Origin: Eledone cirrhosa
Taxonomy: Eukaryota
Direction: 5' to 3'
DNA: 64,000 bases
NCBI GenBank assembly: GCA_964016885.1
Contig: OZ024740.1
Span: 317,254,001-317,318,000 of the forward strand
Shown here piece by piece: positions 1-13,392 of the stretch. A program made the translations under genes and the position numbers. The notes beneath the pieces were generated by a model, which did no database searches, was not told the DNA's origin, and saw only the letters and a list, made by a program, of their open reading frames with translations. Position 1 is the first letter of the stretch. Each line of letters begins with the position of its first letter.

Positions 1-1445
1 AAGATAACAATATTGCGAGGAGCACTGGAACCTCTCTAATAATTTTTGAGGCAAGCCAGCACGCTTGCAGCATTGCTGATATGCTGGAACAGCGAAGTGT
101 CCTCACGAGCATCACCACAAAATTCTGAAAGTTTTTTTAGTTAGATAGAAACGCTTTAAAAGAAACAGTTTTGTATCTAGAACCAGGAGTGGCATCAAGC
201 AGATTTGTTATCAAAATGATTAAGACATGAAATACCTGTGGGTCACATATAGATCTTCAACTATGTACCATAAGCCTGTTTGAACTGAGATACACAACAG
301 CAACTGTTTGTATAGTTTTAAAAAAACACCTCATCTATTATTACCAATGAAATGATGATCAAAGATTAATTAAAATCCATTTTAAATAATGAGAACAGTG
401 TTAGATTATTGCCTGGTTATATTCCATTATAATTTTAGAAAAATATCTCCATTTGTGTCATCATTATCATCATCCTCATCCTCACCATTTTTATGTTAAC
501 TTTTGAACAGGTCTTTTTCAGGCTTGCTTCTTATGACACGCAGGGATACAGTGTACTATTCTAAAATAAATAAACATGGCCTATGTATATATAAAAACAT
601 AGTAACCTGATCCGACTCGTCTAACCCATGCTAGCATGGAAAATGGACATCAAATGGTGATGATAATGATGATGATATATATATATATACACACAATTCA
701 TTGCATGTCTATATTAATCTTTAAAGCGCCCTAAATGTTTGAACAGTGATGGATATGATAGACAGGAATCTCAGAACTAACAGTGTCCTTGGTGTTAAGG
801 GCATAATAAACATACACAAACTAGACAGTAAATGCTGATACTAAGAAATGAACACGACTTGAATTACATCTCTTTTGAAAGTGCAAGCAAACTTCCTAAA
901 GTTACATTTTATAGAATTTGGTTGAATTCTTTTCAGTTACATTAGTGATAAAAATGATAATTGCAGAGTTTAGTTCTATAAATTACAAGTTAGAATATTC
1001 TGAGAAGTCAGTTCAAACTGTATTAAGGTTAAAGGTCACTGCAGATACAGATTTACAGAAACTTATATTTTTATATGCTTTGCAAATTGTTAAGGAAAGT
1101 TAATCAAAAGTGACTATTCTGTTACAAAAAAGCAAGTATTTGAGAAACAAAGTAGTAAAACAGCATAGGGACCCATAGTAAATAGAAAATAAACAGCATT
1201 AAGTCACCATGTTAAAAGTAATGTTAGAAAACAAGGTCACTGCCAGTGGTATAGAATTTAAGTTATTATGTAAATGAGCAAGCTGTAGGAAGTGGGTCAG
1301 AACAGTGACCTGATGGTAAGAGAAGAGTACTGACGTTTCAAGCAAAACCCTCTACGCATTGGAGAAAAAAACATTAATGTTTATAGTAGTTCTGTGCATA
1401 TAGTTTTCAATAATATATCCCTACATACCTACATCCCATACATAC

Positions 1446-1478
<33 letters not shown>

Positions 1479-1998
1479 GATACATACATGCATACCTATA
1501 TAGATTACACACACACATATATATATAATTACCCTCATTGCAAATAACCTTTGGTATACACTCTGAGTACAGATTTACATGTTTAATATGTTTAAGTCTT
1601 GTCTCATTGAATGAGTAATGAGACTAACAGGACAATAGTGAATATATTTCCCTATGGCCCTGTTTAACTATAAACAATATATATATATATACAAAAAGTA
1701 AATGACACAGTACAATGAAGAAATATATTAGCTTAATGTTTAATAGAGTAGGAAAAGAGTCTTAATGTTTTGGACACTAGTCCTTCATAAAGAAATAGAT
1801 TGAGAAATAAAAGATGAAATAGAAAGAAAGAGTGAGAAGAATGAAAAAAATTTTTTTGAGAAAAAAAAGTGTATTCAGTCACCCATTTTTGAAAAAAAAA
1901 ATATATGTATGTATGTGTATATAAATATGTGTGGTGTGTGCGTGTGTGAAAAAGAAGTTGAAAATGTAATTGGAGTCTTTAAGAAAGTTTATTTACAT

Positions 1999-2040
1999 TA
2001 ACTTTACCGGTTTCACAAGTTTCAAGATTTTCAAAAGTTA
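1999..2040 (-). ncRNA. Decayed minimal type-I hammerhead ribozyme
   Basis: Minus strand reads TAACTT-TTGAAAA-...-GAAA-CCGG-TA-AAGTTA. Stem I (TAACTT/AAGTTA) and the palindromic CCGG stem III are intact, but CTGANGA is mutated and stem II is poor. Confidence 0.4.
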
Positions 2041-2547
2041 ATAGAGATGGAGAGATATGTGGCTATGCTGAGTTACAAGTACTATATTTTTACCCGTGTG
2101 GGATATATTAAAACCTAACTTTTAATATATGCATACATAGTTGATAAAGGAAACAAATTAAACACAGGGGTGCAAAAATACAGTTATTTTAGGTGCATGC
2201 TTTGAGGAAATATATAAATGCACACACACATATATATGAACACTCACATATAGGCAGGTAAACATGGAAAATAGACATTGTGTGCTGTGGATGCATGGGG
2301 GAAGCAAGCACTAGGAACACACAAGAAATAGCTTCTCTGAAATGCCCAGCAGCCTCCCTAGAATTTGTTGATGGATTTTCTTGTCTGGGTGATCTAGTTG
2401 GCAATAGAGGCAACTCATGCGCTGAAAGTGGTGGCCATAGTGAGAATGGGCTGTAGATTTAGAGAGCTAGTACTACTGCTGAAAACAGTCACCTACTCGC
2501 TCATAGTGATGAGCAGGCTGTGTGTTTCCTGAGGACCTGAGGGGTCT

Positions 2548-2785
2548 AGTCTAAAGTCTGTTTCAAGCCGGAAGGCTCATTGGGCCAGAGCTTATCCCGG
2601 TTTTGTGGCGTTAAGTGACTGAGAGTACAAGAAGCCCACCCCCAGCTATTGCTGGTACTCATTTTCAGCAAAGTATACTCAAGCAACTTGAAATGAAGCA
2701 TTTTGCTCAAGAACACTATATGAAACCCAGCCCAGGAATCAAACCCACGAGATTATGATCATAGATCCAACAAACTTACCACAGG
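2548..2785 (-). mobile_element. Degenerate tRNA-derived CORE-type SINE
   Basis: Reverse-complement B-box-like and CORE-like (gtgttcttgagcaa) motifs. The end segment ctaaagtctgtttcaagcc recurs near 19703. Confidence 0.55.
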
Positions 2786-2859
2786 CCTTGAGGGGGCTGG
2801 AGGAAAATTGGATGAAGATGCTCTTCTATTGAGTCTGATCAATAGCCTCCATAGTGCTC

Positions 2860-3157
2860 GTGCCATGATGGGGGATACACCCAGTACACTCTGTAAGGTG
2901 GTTATGATGGGAAAGGCATCCAGCAGTAGAAAACTTGTTAAACAAAGAGAACACTTTGGTTGTGTCAAAGACACTAGAGCTGATGCCATGATAAAATACA
3001 CTCAGTGTACTCTGTAAAGTGTGGGAATGTATGCAAATCAAATGTTTACTCTTTGACCCATCTAAGAGGACAGTGGCTTCAATTAAGTACTGACTTCGTC
3101 TGTGATAACCCATGCAATCCTTACTAGCAGGGAAAAAAGCTGATAAATGATGATGAT
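2860..3157 (+). mobile_element. SINE/RTE 3'-UTR-like fragment with (GAT)n tail
   Basis: cccagtacactctgtaa...ggcatccagcagtagaaa motif shared with the RTE 3'UTRs in this window; ends in atgatgatgat then (TA)n. Similar copies near 9660-9845, 12170-12530, 25285-25463, 33960-34258. Confidence 0.65.
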
Positions 3158-3181
3158 ATATGCATGTATACAAATACACAT

Positions 3182-3235
<54 letters not shown>

Positions 3236-3663
3236 GAGATAGATCGATCGTGCGCCCATGATCGATTATCACTGATCTCGTCAAGTGAAAATGAATAGTC
3301 TTCAAATCCTTGAAATGATTGGAAATTTATACCATGCCTTCGGATCTTTATTTTGATACAAATACTCCGTTTTACATCATCTAGCTGTTCCCATAAATGG
3401 AATTGGAGAAATACAAAAGCGTGGAGAACTTAATATTATTAACAAAAGTTTATTGGACCGTATGACACAACCAATAATACACCTTACTATATAACTATAT
3501 ATATATGTAAAAGTTCTATTTAAATTGTTGGGATACAAGCAAATATTTTTATAACTGATATAAAGCACTCAACAAATATTTGGAGTAAAAATACGATATT
3601 AACAGTAATGGTTGCATTCTTTAAAGGTATGTCAATATTTATTTATAAAACTGATCTATATTA

Positions 3664-3728
3664 TATTTTATCTGATGAAAGCACACCATAATTTAACTTG
3701 GTGTCCTTGAAATATGTATAATGAAATA
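3664..3728 (+). ncRNA. Minimal type-I hammerhead ribozyme
   Basis: TATTTTAT-CTGATGA-AAG(C)ACACCA..TGGTGT(C)CTT-GAAA-TATGTA-TA-ATGAAATA. Full catalytic core, 8-bp stem I, extended stem II, predicted cleavage after AUA at 3720. Confidence 0.8.
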
Positions 3729-3767
3729 AATATGGTTTTATAAATATAGTTTCCATTTGTTAATATC

Positions 3768-3804
<37 letters not shown>

Positions 3805-3827
3805 CATAATAAACAACACAATATAAT

Positions 3828-3901
3828 TATTCCATAACCAAAGGTTTCAAGAAACTAGACGATCCTTACAGAAATGCTCAGCCCATTCATCAGATGAAAT
3901 A
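3828..3901 (-). ncRNA. Type-I hammerhead ribozyme, degenerate stem II
   Basis: Minus strand reads TATTTCAT-CTGATGA-...-GAAA-CC(TTT)GG-TT-ATGGAATA. Stems I and III pair; stem II is mostly G.U pairs. Confidence 0.6.
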
Positions 3902-4063
3902 AATAGCTCCAAATTATACATAACTGATCGGTTTCAGACAGTATTGGCTTAGGCCATGTCTAACTTAATAGCACCACATAGAGCACTTTTCTTTCTTATA
4001 CTTTTGCGAGAGAAATACTTAACACACACACATATATATAACTTTGATAATATATACATACAT

Positions 4064-4149
<86 letters not shown>

Positions 4150-4276
4150 AAGGTTAAACAAGATTCAATGAATAAATCAACGAATAAAGTTTTACAATAG
4201 ATTGTAAATCTTAAGGTATATATATTGAGTTTTGTCCTATCTTATTCACTTAGTCAAGGTATGTCAAGCATCATCT

Positions 4277-4343
4277 TATTTTATCTGATGAGGACGTACT
4301 GTTGAAGATAGCTCAGTACCTCTGAAATATGTATAATAAAATA
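4277..4343 (+). ncRNA. Minimal type-I hammerhead ribozyme
   Basis: TATTTTAT-CTGATGA-GGA(C)GTACTG..CAGTAC(C)TCT-GAAA-TATGTA-TA-ATAAAATA. Confidence 0.82.
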
Positions 4344-4503
4344 TACTTGATCACACAAATGTCTATATTTGTTAATATTTTGAATTAATATTATATATAT
4401 GTGTGTGTGTGTGTGTATAACTTTGATAATATATACATACATACAATATATATATATATTAAATTCAAATATTAATAAAATAAATGTTCTTGTGATCAAT
4501 TAA

Positions 4504-4569
4504 ATTTTATTATACATATTTCAGAGGTACTTGAATCAAGTTCAATAGTACGTCCTCATCAGATAAAAT
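4504..4569 (-). ncRNA. Minimal type-I hammerhead ribozyme (inverted paralog of 4277-4343)
   Basis: Minus strand reads ATTTTAT-CTGATGA-GGA(C)GTACT..AGTAC(C)TCT-GAAA-TATGTA-TA-ATAAAAT. Confidence 0.8.
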
Positions 4570-4773
4570 AAAATGATACATGACATACTCTGACATGTTA
4601 AATGGTTAAGATTTAATCAAAATATCTTACTGTAGAGTGCTTTCAATCTACTGTAAAACTCATTCTTTGATGTTCTCATTGAATCTTGTTTAACTCTTTA
4701 AAATTACAATATATAATGTGTGTGTGTGTGTGTGTGTGTATAAAAATATACCTTTGATAATATATACATACAT

Positions 4774-4819
<46 letters not shown>

Positions 4820-4881
4820 TAATTATATATATATATATACATACAATATATAAATAATTATATACACACATATATATATAT

Positions 4882-4996
4882 TGTTATACTTTGGGAGGGT
4901 TATGATGCCAATAAGGCAAAGACCCTCCCAAAGTATAAGAATATCGGTTTCAACACACGATTTCAGATAAAGAATCTTGCTAAACAAATTCAGAAA

Positions 4997-4999
<3 letters not shown>
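4882..4999 (-). mobile_element. Short (TA)n-flanked hairpin element; internally deleted form of 54370-54957
   Basis: Near-identical to the reverse complement of both ends of 54370-54957. Hairpin ttatactttgggagggt/accctcccaaagtataa. Confidence 0.8.
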
Positions 5000-5063
<64 letters not shown>

Positions 5064-5440
5064 CATACACACATACTGATATATATAAATAAATAAATGT
5101 ATACAATTATGTGTATATATTTGTACATACAGCCATATATCTGTGTTTGCGTGTCTCTCTCTGTCTGCCTGTGAGTTTATATAATTGCCACCTTCCTTAA
5201 TCCTTTTAACTCTTGTCAGTTACTGTTTTTCAGTCTATGTATGTAACCGATTATTGTCCCCCCCCCTCCTCTTCCTCCTCTGTCTCTTGCTGTATTCATC
5301 ACTCCGGTCATTGACCTCTTATTAACTCTATTTTTTTTCCGTCTGGTTACCTGCCTCCCTTACCCTTCCTTCTTATCTGAAACCTCATCACTAATTCTTC
5401 CAACCGAACATCCCCACTGCACTATTACTATACACATTAA

Positions 5441-5630
5441 CCCCTTCATTACTGTGGTTTCATTGAAATAAACCACTTATATGTTTCAATTTCTTTTGGA
5501 GGATTTTTTTAGTAAAATAACTAACATTTCTGTTATTATGCTGCTCTGGGCATTACTGAACAGCTGTTCTTACATAAAATTAGGAGAATGGTTTTTATAT
5601 AGTTTCCATTAGTTTTGAGATTGGTAAGGG
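5441..5630. mobile_element. Possible piggyBac-type MITE
   Basis: TTAA-CCC...GGG-TTAA boundaries; TIRs short and degenerate. A related left end occurs near 26210. Confidence 0.4.
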
Positions 5631-5689
5631 TTAAGTATGTATATATACTGTACATGTGTATTATTATTAATAATAATACATAGAGTTAC

Positions 5690-5852
5690 TGCCCTTTATG
5701 ATCCGAGTTCAAATTCCACCGAGGTTAACTTTGCCTTTCATCCTTACGGAGTCGATAAACTAAAGTACCAGTCACGTACTGGAGTCGATTTCTCCCCGCA
5801 AAAATTGCTGGCCTTGTGCCTAAATCAGAAACTATTATTATTATTATTATTA
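5690..5852 (+). mobile_element. tRNA-derived SINE (abundant family)
   Basis: B-box gagttcaaattcc then actttgcctttcatcc..gtcgataaa..gtaccagt..ggccttgtgcc and a (TTA)n tail. Other copies near 6565-6770(+), 20320-20515(-), 21870-22016(-), 22905-23060(+), 23230-23445(-), 24790-24948(-), 25890-26000(-), 29325-29510(-). Confidence 0.75.
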
Positions 5853-6119
5853 GCTCACGCTTTTCTATCACCAATAAGAGACTAAGGAATTAAAAATATG
5901 ATCATAACATATTTAGAGTCAATAGAAAATCAGTATAGTAAAACCCAAAGACATTCAACAAGGTGCCACATATTGGAGGGGCTTAAAACCCCAAAACCCC
6001 TTAGGACCGGAAGGCTTATAATATGAGTATCAACACTTTAAAAGGAGCAGTTTTGTATCATAAAGCCAAGGGTGGTTTCGGATAAGTTAGTAATAAAGGG
6101 GTTAAAATGTGAGTCGTCT

Positions 6120-6460
6120 AGTGAAGGTGTATAGCTTAGTGGTTAGTGCATTGGGCTTGCAATCTGGAGGTTTTGAGTTTGATTCTCAAACTGGGTGATG
6201 TGTTGTGTCCTTGAGCAAGACACTTTATTTCACATTGTTCCAGTTTAATCAGCAGTAGAAGTGAGTTGAGACGTCACTGGCTCCAAGCTGTATTGGTTGT
6301 TACCTTTCCCTAGGACAACCTCGGTGGCATGGAGTCTGGTATGCACAGGCAACAGCTGGTCTTCCACAAAAAACCTTGTCCAGACTTGTGCCTCAGAAGA
6401 GAACTTTCTAGGTGCAAATCCCATGGTCATTTGAGACCGAAGGGGGTCTTTACCCTAATC
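6120..6460 (+). mobile_element. tRNA-derived CORE-type SINE
   Basis: A-box tagcttagtgg, B-box gagtttgattc, CORE-like tgtgtccttgagcaagacactt. Confidence 0.7.
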
Positions 6461-6824
6461 TCTTTCTATACAACATACAAACTTATCCAAATATACAATT
6501 TTTACTCTAAAATATTTCTACTGATGTAAACCACCACTAGCTTCTCAGGACACTAATGTTGTTGAGGATTAGCAGAATCATTAGAATGTTGAACAAATGC
6601 TTTGTTATATTTGTGTCAATATTTTACATTCTGAGTTCAAATCCCACCAAGGTCAACTTTGCTTTTCATCTTTTCAGAGTTAATAAAATAAAGTAGCAGT
6701 CCAATGCTGGGGTCAATAGAATCGACTTTCCGTTCACCACCCCAAATGACTGGCTTTGTACTTTAATAATTGTTTCTACTTTTGGCATAAGGCCAGCAAT
6801 TATCCCAGTGTATTACTGGGTTTC

Positions 6825-7083
6825 TGATTTAGGTACAAGGCCAACAATTTTGCTGGAGGGGAAAGTCAATCAAATCAACTCCAGTGCATTGCTGGTACTT
6901 TATTTTATTGAACCCATAAGGATGAAAGGCAAAGTTAACTTCGGTATTATTTAGGCACAAATACCGAAGTTAACTTTGCCTTTCATCCTTATGGGTTCAA
7001 TAAAATAAAGTACCAGCAATGCACTGGAGTTGATTTGATTGACTTTCCCCTCCAGCAAAATTGTTGGCCTTGTACCTAAATCA
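6825..7083. repeat. Perfect palindrome of a SINE half: 124-bp arms, 11-nt loop
   Basis: 6825-6948 is the reverse complement of 6960-7083. Confidence 0.92.
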
Positions 7084-8319
7084 TTATTCTTGTTAAGCTG
7101 CCAGCCAACCATGATCCAGCTGGCCCATGATAAAAAGCATTCCATAGCCAGGATGCACTCCATTACCTAACGTATTCTTCCCATTATTAAGATGATCGTG
7201 TGTTATTTTAATGGTGATTTGATTGTTATTTATATCAGGTCGAGTGAACACATAAAGACTGCCTTGTTGACTCTCGTGTGGACAGCTTCCAGATGTTAAT
7301 GAGATATGCTGATAGGAGACAACTTTAGTTCAAGTCTTTGTATACAACAAACAAACTTAGTGAAAAGTGGGTCTTTTGTAACCAGACACAATAAATTAAA
7401 AGGCTGTTTAACATATACACAGCTATAAATTTATAAAACACTATTCAGCAGTGTTTAAACTGGCAGCTCTACAGATCTGTACATATTTGCACTTCAAAAG
7501 TGTCAGCGTCCCAAACAAGATACCACTGAGCAACATAGCTCAGAACACACAGAAAATCTAACAAGCAGCAAACCTAAACAATCCATTTGGTTTATTTTGT
7601 TGGGTTTTTAAAATAGTTTTGCATTAGTTTGTGTGTGTGTTTTGTTTTGTGTATGTCTGTGTTTTGTTTCTTTGTGTACATGTGTTTTATTTCTTTGTGT
7701 ATGTATGTGTGTTTTGTTTTAGAAAGTGAAAAAAAAGTTTAAGAAATAAAATTTTAAAAAATAACCCCCAAAATTGTGACTCAACTAACTATTTTCAGTT
7801 TATAATTAAATATCAAAGGTGAAGGTCACACATTTTAGCAAATCTATTAGTGAAGTCCCACAACTCAATTTTCTATGTAAAGCTGATGGTTTACACATCC
7901 ATTACTCCGAGCTTCTTGCTTACATGCAACAGTATATAATGATTCTCTTTGCCACATGAACAAATGAATGCAAGTGAGAAACTCAGAGTAACATCATCAG
8001 CATACACATGAACAAGAACTCTACTACATATATTGAGTACTTTTTCTCCTGTCTGTACATGTGTGTGTGTATGTGTGTGTGTTAATATGGATACCATCAT
8101 CATCAATTTGATTCAAAGCATTGGCTTCTTTCTAGATTCAGCTAAATGTTGCTGCCACATGAGTCTAGGAGGAGGGCGTAGCTCATTCAACTTCACCTTC
8201 CTTTCAATGTGTCGTTGATCATCATGGAATCTTTGTTCATTTTCGAAAGTATTTGAACATTTTAAAGACAGCTCACTTCCAGATTTAATTGTTTTTTAGA
8301 TGTCTCATCACAAATATCT

Positions 8320-8597
8320 TGGCTGATGTGCAAGAGAGAAGGCTGCACTGGTATGCACATGTGATGTGAATGACTGATGATTGTTATGGGAAAAAGTGCT
8401 AAGAGATCCCTGTGAAAGGAAGCTGCAGCAGAGAAAGACTGACAAAGACATGGGCAGAAGAAATGATGAGAGCTGATCTTAAAAAGATTAACTTCACAGA
8501 AGAGATGGTGAAGGAACGTAGTTAGTGGAAGGAGGCTGTGATGGAAAAAACTTGGCTAACCCATGCAAGCAGAGAAAAACGAACGTAAAAATGATTT
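8320..8597 (+). mobile_element. Old RTE LINE 3' fragment
   Basis: Degenerate VQERRLHWYAHVM...KTW coding remnant followed by aacccatgcaagc and a decayed tail. Confidence 0.7.
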
Positions 8598-10464
8598 TAA
8601 ATAATAAAACCTGTCATGGGAATAATTCTAAGTATGATAAAAAGATGAGGATTTTTTTCTAAAATGAAAACAAAAAATAAATAAATAAATAACAGAAAGA
8701 AATTCCATCTCTTGTAAGAGTTTTTTTTTTTTTACTGAGGGAGGCCTTAAATGTCAAATTTCTAAATGATGATGGTGAGAAGTTGTAACATGCATGTATT
8801 TCTCAAGTGATATGAAGTGGAATGGTTCTAATTTAAGAATTTAGATTGTGTTTCTTTCCTTTAACAACAACAAACTAGCAAAACATATGCACCAAAGAAT
8901 GATTAAAAGACATGAGCAAATAACTACTGGAGAGCTGTGTAACTTTAGATAAGAGATATGGAGTGTTTGGAATTGTAAGACAGTGTGTGTGATGATGAAT
9001 AAAGATGCCACTGATGAAAAGTGCATCTGAAATGATGTGGGCATACTTGTCATCAGTGACAATGGAAAGAGAGAAAGACAGTGTGTCATTACAACAGGTT
9101 GATAAACAACAAATATGAATGGGTTTGATAGGAAGAGAATACTCCCTCATTGAGATAATATTCTGCAGTGACAGATTATTATCCAGCTGTAGAAAATATA
9201 TAGGAGTTTGTAGAAAAAGTGATGGAAGGGATCATCTTTACAAACATTAGTTAAATAAAGGATATAGTGAAATCTGCAGAAAACTGACATGAAAATGTAC
9301 ACCAAATGCATGGAAATAGCTGACTGTAAGAGTGACATAAATAATTTACTGAAATAGTAGATAAAATCGATTTAACTGACAAAATTAGTACTGGAAAAAA
9401 AAATTAGTGAGAGAATAGGAACTAGGGTTCAAGGCAAGTAAAAACGTTTTAGAAAACTTATACCTGTTAGCAACAAATTATTTCTCACTTCATACAAAAT
9501 GTAGATATGAGGTGTGTTTGAAATAAGTAACAGTGTTTGGTAAAATGGTATGAGAAATAAATGCAGAAAAGGCCTGTAGCAATTATGGAACAAGCTTAGT
9601 GTAAATGAGTAAAACAAAACTAGACATTGTGCTTCAGTTGTGTGAAGGGCACAACAACCTCTCTAGTGTTGGTGACACAATAACATGCACCCAGTACACT
9701 CTGTGAGGTGGTTGGTGTTGGAGATAAAAATGGCATCTAGCTGTAGAAAACATGCCAACCTCTCTAGTGTTGGTGACACAATGAAATGCATCATAACCCC
9801 TCCAACTCTTCCTAGCAGGGGAAAATGATGTTAAATGATGATGATCTCCCATTTTCTTTGAGTGTTACAAACAATCACCACTAGGTTTTTTTTCTTTCTC
9901 CAACTAAGAGGAAAATCTAAAGTATTTAAAAAAAAATTTAAGTCTTTGTTATTCAGTACATCACGCCATTCTGGTCTTATCTTAATTCTTACTATTGGCC
10001 ATGTGAGATATTCCCCTTAGCTCACTTTTTCTATACATGAAAATATTTGGCCAATATAAGTAGAAAAAGGATGTGATGTGAGTGTTTGAATGTGTGTGTT
10101 TAATGAAAAGGGGACAGTAGTAAGCAAGGGTAGGTAACTGCAACAGAATTATAAGCAATGGTAGGTAACTGCAGCAGAATTAAATGAAGGAACATTTGAG
10201 AGAATGTAGTTATATCAAAGTAATAAAATACCATAGAATCCTAACAAAAAATTATTAAAATGACATACTGCAGACCTGGCTGATCCAGGCCTGCAGTATG
10301 TTAAAATAATGGTTTCTGATATAGGCACAAGGCTATCAATTTGGGGGTGGGGAAAGTAGATTAAATTAACATCAATGCGTTACTGGTACTTCATTTTATC
10401 AACCCCATAAGTGGGACTACCCCCGTCCAAACCCATGCAAGCGTGGAACACGGACGTTAAACGT

Positions 10465-10526
<62 letters not shown>

Positions 10527-10604
10527 TTTGATGAAAAAATCACGAAAGCCATGTATATATATATATATATAGATTTGATGAAGAAATCACGAAAGCCATG
10601 TATA

Positions 10605-11525
10605 TCTATATATATAAAACTGAGGATGTCTGTCTGTGTGTGTGAGTTTGAATCCCTAAAACTCGAGAACCACCCAACCGACTGTTTTCAAACTTTACAC
10701 ATGTAATACTTATGTTTCAGGGAGTGTTCTGAGCAAAAACAATTTCAAATTTTCAATGCCCTAGGGACCGCATTAGGCGATTTAGCGATCTCTCTTTATA
10801 ATTCTTAGTCTTTCTCTTTTTAGATAGATACATACATATAACGTCGCGCCCTTATAATATCTTTCTGTATGTCTGGCTGTCTGCAATACGTCACTTCCCT
10901 GAGGATGTGTGTGTGTGTGAGTTTGAATCCCTAAAACTCGAGATGTACGCAACCGACTTTTTTCAAACTTTACATGTGTATTACTTATGTTTCAGGGAGT
11001 GATATGCACATAAACAAATTCAACATTTTGTCTCCTAGGGCCCGCATTAGGTGAAAAACTGCGTTTTTAAAGCTTTTTAGGTTTTTTTTGAAGCGTTACG
11101 TCAGACCGATTTCCTTGAAATTGTAACTATGTATTAGTCAGTCTCTTCTCCATACTGTGAGCAAAGAAAATCCAACTTTCTTATGGCCTAGGGCCCGCAT
11201 TAGGTGAAAAACTTCATTTTTTCAGCTTTTTAGGGCTTTTTGGAGGCGTTACGTCTAGCCGATTTTCCCGAAATTTCAAAGTTTATCTACATAATTTATC
11301 CACATAAAAAAAATCCCTTTCTTGATCCCCTAGGGCCCGCATTAGGTGAAAACCTGCATTTTTCCTGCTTCCTCGAGGAAAATCTTATAGATTAATCAAC
11401 CATCAGAGTATTCGGTTTATTTTCTTTACATATTGTCCAGGCATGCAGTTTTTCCACGATTAGGTCTGTTGGCGGCCCGCGTTCCAAAATGCCTTATCCC
11501 GTGCAACGCCGGGTACCACTGCTAG
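10605..11525 (+). mobile_element. Non-autonomous Helitron
   Basis: 5' TC (tctatatatataaaa), 3' GC-rich hairpin cccgtgcaacgccggg followed by CTAG, inserted between A and T of an interrupted tandem repeat with no TSD. Contains four cctaggg[a/c]ccgcattagg repeats and a duplicated 5' block. Confidence 0.85.
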
Positions 11526-11704
11526 TATATATATAAATTTGATGAAGAAATTATGAAAGCCATGTATATATACATATTGTATATTTGGAATGAAGAAATT
11601 ATTGCATGTATTTTGGAGCAAAACAGTTATAAAATCATTGTATATCGAGATCTCTGGTGATATGCTGTACTCCCATGTGAACAGGATGAAGCAAACATCT
11701 AGAG

Positions 11705-11901
11705 CAGGCATGTGAAACATGCGGCCCTTTACAAGCACACCTGCAGCCCACATAAAGGCTTTTACAGCGCAAGCATGTTTTATCTTCATAATATAAAATA
11801 ACAAATATTAGTTGTAATCTGTGCAATTAGTTGTTGTGTGTGGTCCTCAGACAACACGTGACCTATGTGGCCCTCAGAGGACCGTCAGTTTGACATGCCT
11901 G
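11705..11901. mobile_element. hAT (Charlie-like) MITE
   Basis: TIRs CAGGCATGTGAAAC / GTTTGACATGCCTG with a perfect 8-bp TSD ATCTAGAG (11697-11704, 11902-11909). Confidence 0.88.
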
Positions 11902-12594
11902 ATCTAGAGGACACTAGGCTGTACCAAATGTTCCCCTCCCCTCTGCCCATACACCTTTTCCCTATCTTGATACTCCCTCCCCCTCATCAGCTAAATATCC
12001 CACGTTAGACCTACCTCACACACCTCTTCAATCCCCATGCTGCATATATGCTTCACACCATCACCCACCCCCACATGCCTGATACACCTCTCCTGTCCAA
12101 CCCATGCATACAAACATGGAAAGCTGGACATGCTCCTCACCTACTCTCATGAAGTGCTTCTGTCATGACACAAAACACCAATACCACCCTGCTGGTGACA
12201 TAACAAAAAGCACCCAGTCCACCCTGGCAGATAGTCATTTTGGTGCCACAATAAAAAGCACCCAGTCTGCCAGATGGTCATGCTGCTACCACAATAGAAA
12301 AGTACCCAGTCCACCCTGTCAGATAGTCATTTTGGTGCCACAATAAAAAGCATCCAGTTCACACTGTAATGTGGTTGGCATGAGGAAGGGCATCCAGCCA
12401 CAGAAACCAAACCAGAAAAATTTCTGTAGGAGCAAGGCATGGTCACCTGACCCGACTTGTCTCATAGCATGGTAACTCATCTAACTCATGCTAGTATGGA
12501 ACATAGACACTAAATGATGATGATGATGTATGTATTGTATTTGGAATGAAACAGTTACGGAAGACATGTATACACACATTTTATACAATTGGAA

Positions 12595-13392
12595 TAAGCA
12601 GTTGTGAAAGAGATATATAGTGAGATACCGTGAAGCAGTTGTGAAAGATATGTATAGTGAGATACTGTGAAGCGGTTGTGAAAGATATATATATAGGGAG
12701 ATACTGTGAAGCAGTTGTGAAAGATATATATAGTGAGATATTGTGAAGCAGTTGGGAAAGAGATATATAGTGAGATATTGTGAAGCAGTTGTGAAAGATA
12801 TATATAGTGAGATACTGTGAAGCAGTTGTGAAAGATATGTATAGTGAGATACTGTGAAGCGGTTGTGAAAGATATATATATAGGGAGATACTGTGAAGCA
12901 GTTGTGAAAGATATATATAGTGAGATATTGTGAAGCAGTTGGGAAAGAGATATATAGTGAGATATTGTGAAGCAGTTGTGAAAGATATATATAGTGAGAT
13001 ACTGTGAAGCAGTTGTGAAAGATATATATAGTGAGATACTGTGAAGCAGTTGTGAAAGATATGTATAGTGAGATACTGTGAAGCAGTTGTGAAAGAGATA
13101 TATAGTGAGATATTGTGAAGCAGTTGGGAAAGATATATATAGTGAGATATTGTGAAGCAGTTGGGAAAGATATGTATAGTGAGATACTGTGAAGCAGTTG
13201 TGCAAGAGATATATAGTGAGATACTGTGAAGCAGTTGGGAAAGATATGTATAGTGAGATATTGTGAAGCAGTTGTGAAAGAGATATATAGTGAGATACTG
13301 TGAAGCAGTTGGGAAAGAGATATATAGTGAGATACTGTGAAGCAGTTGTGCAAGAGATATATAGTGAGATACTGTGAATCAGTTGTGAAAGC
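12595..13392. repeat. Minisatellite, ~37-bp unit
   Basis: About 21 copies of gtgagata[c/t]tgtgaagcagttg[t/g]gaaag(ag)atatatata. Confidence 0.95.

Noticed and set aside
8112-8285. Minus-strand protein-like frame (…RHIERKVKLNELRPPPRLMWQQHL…)
   Set aside because: Short, has an upstream in-frame stop, no clear splice acceptor and no recognisable homology.
9005-9046. CTGATGA…GAAA hammerhead-like string
   Set aside because: Stem II and stem III do not pair and there is no valid NUH site.
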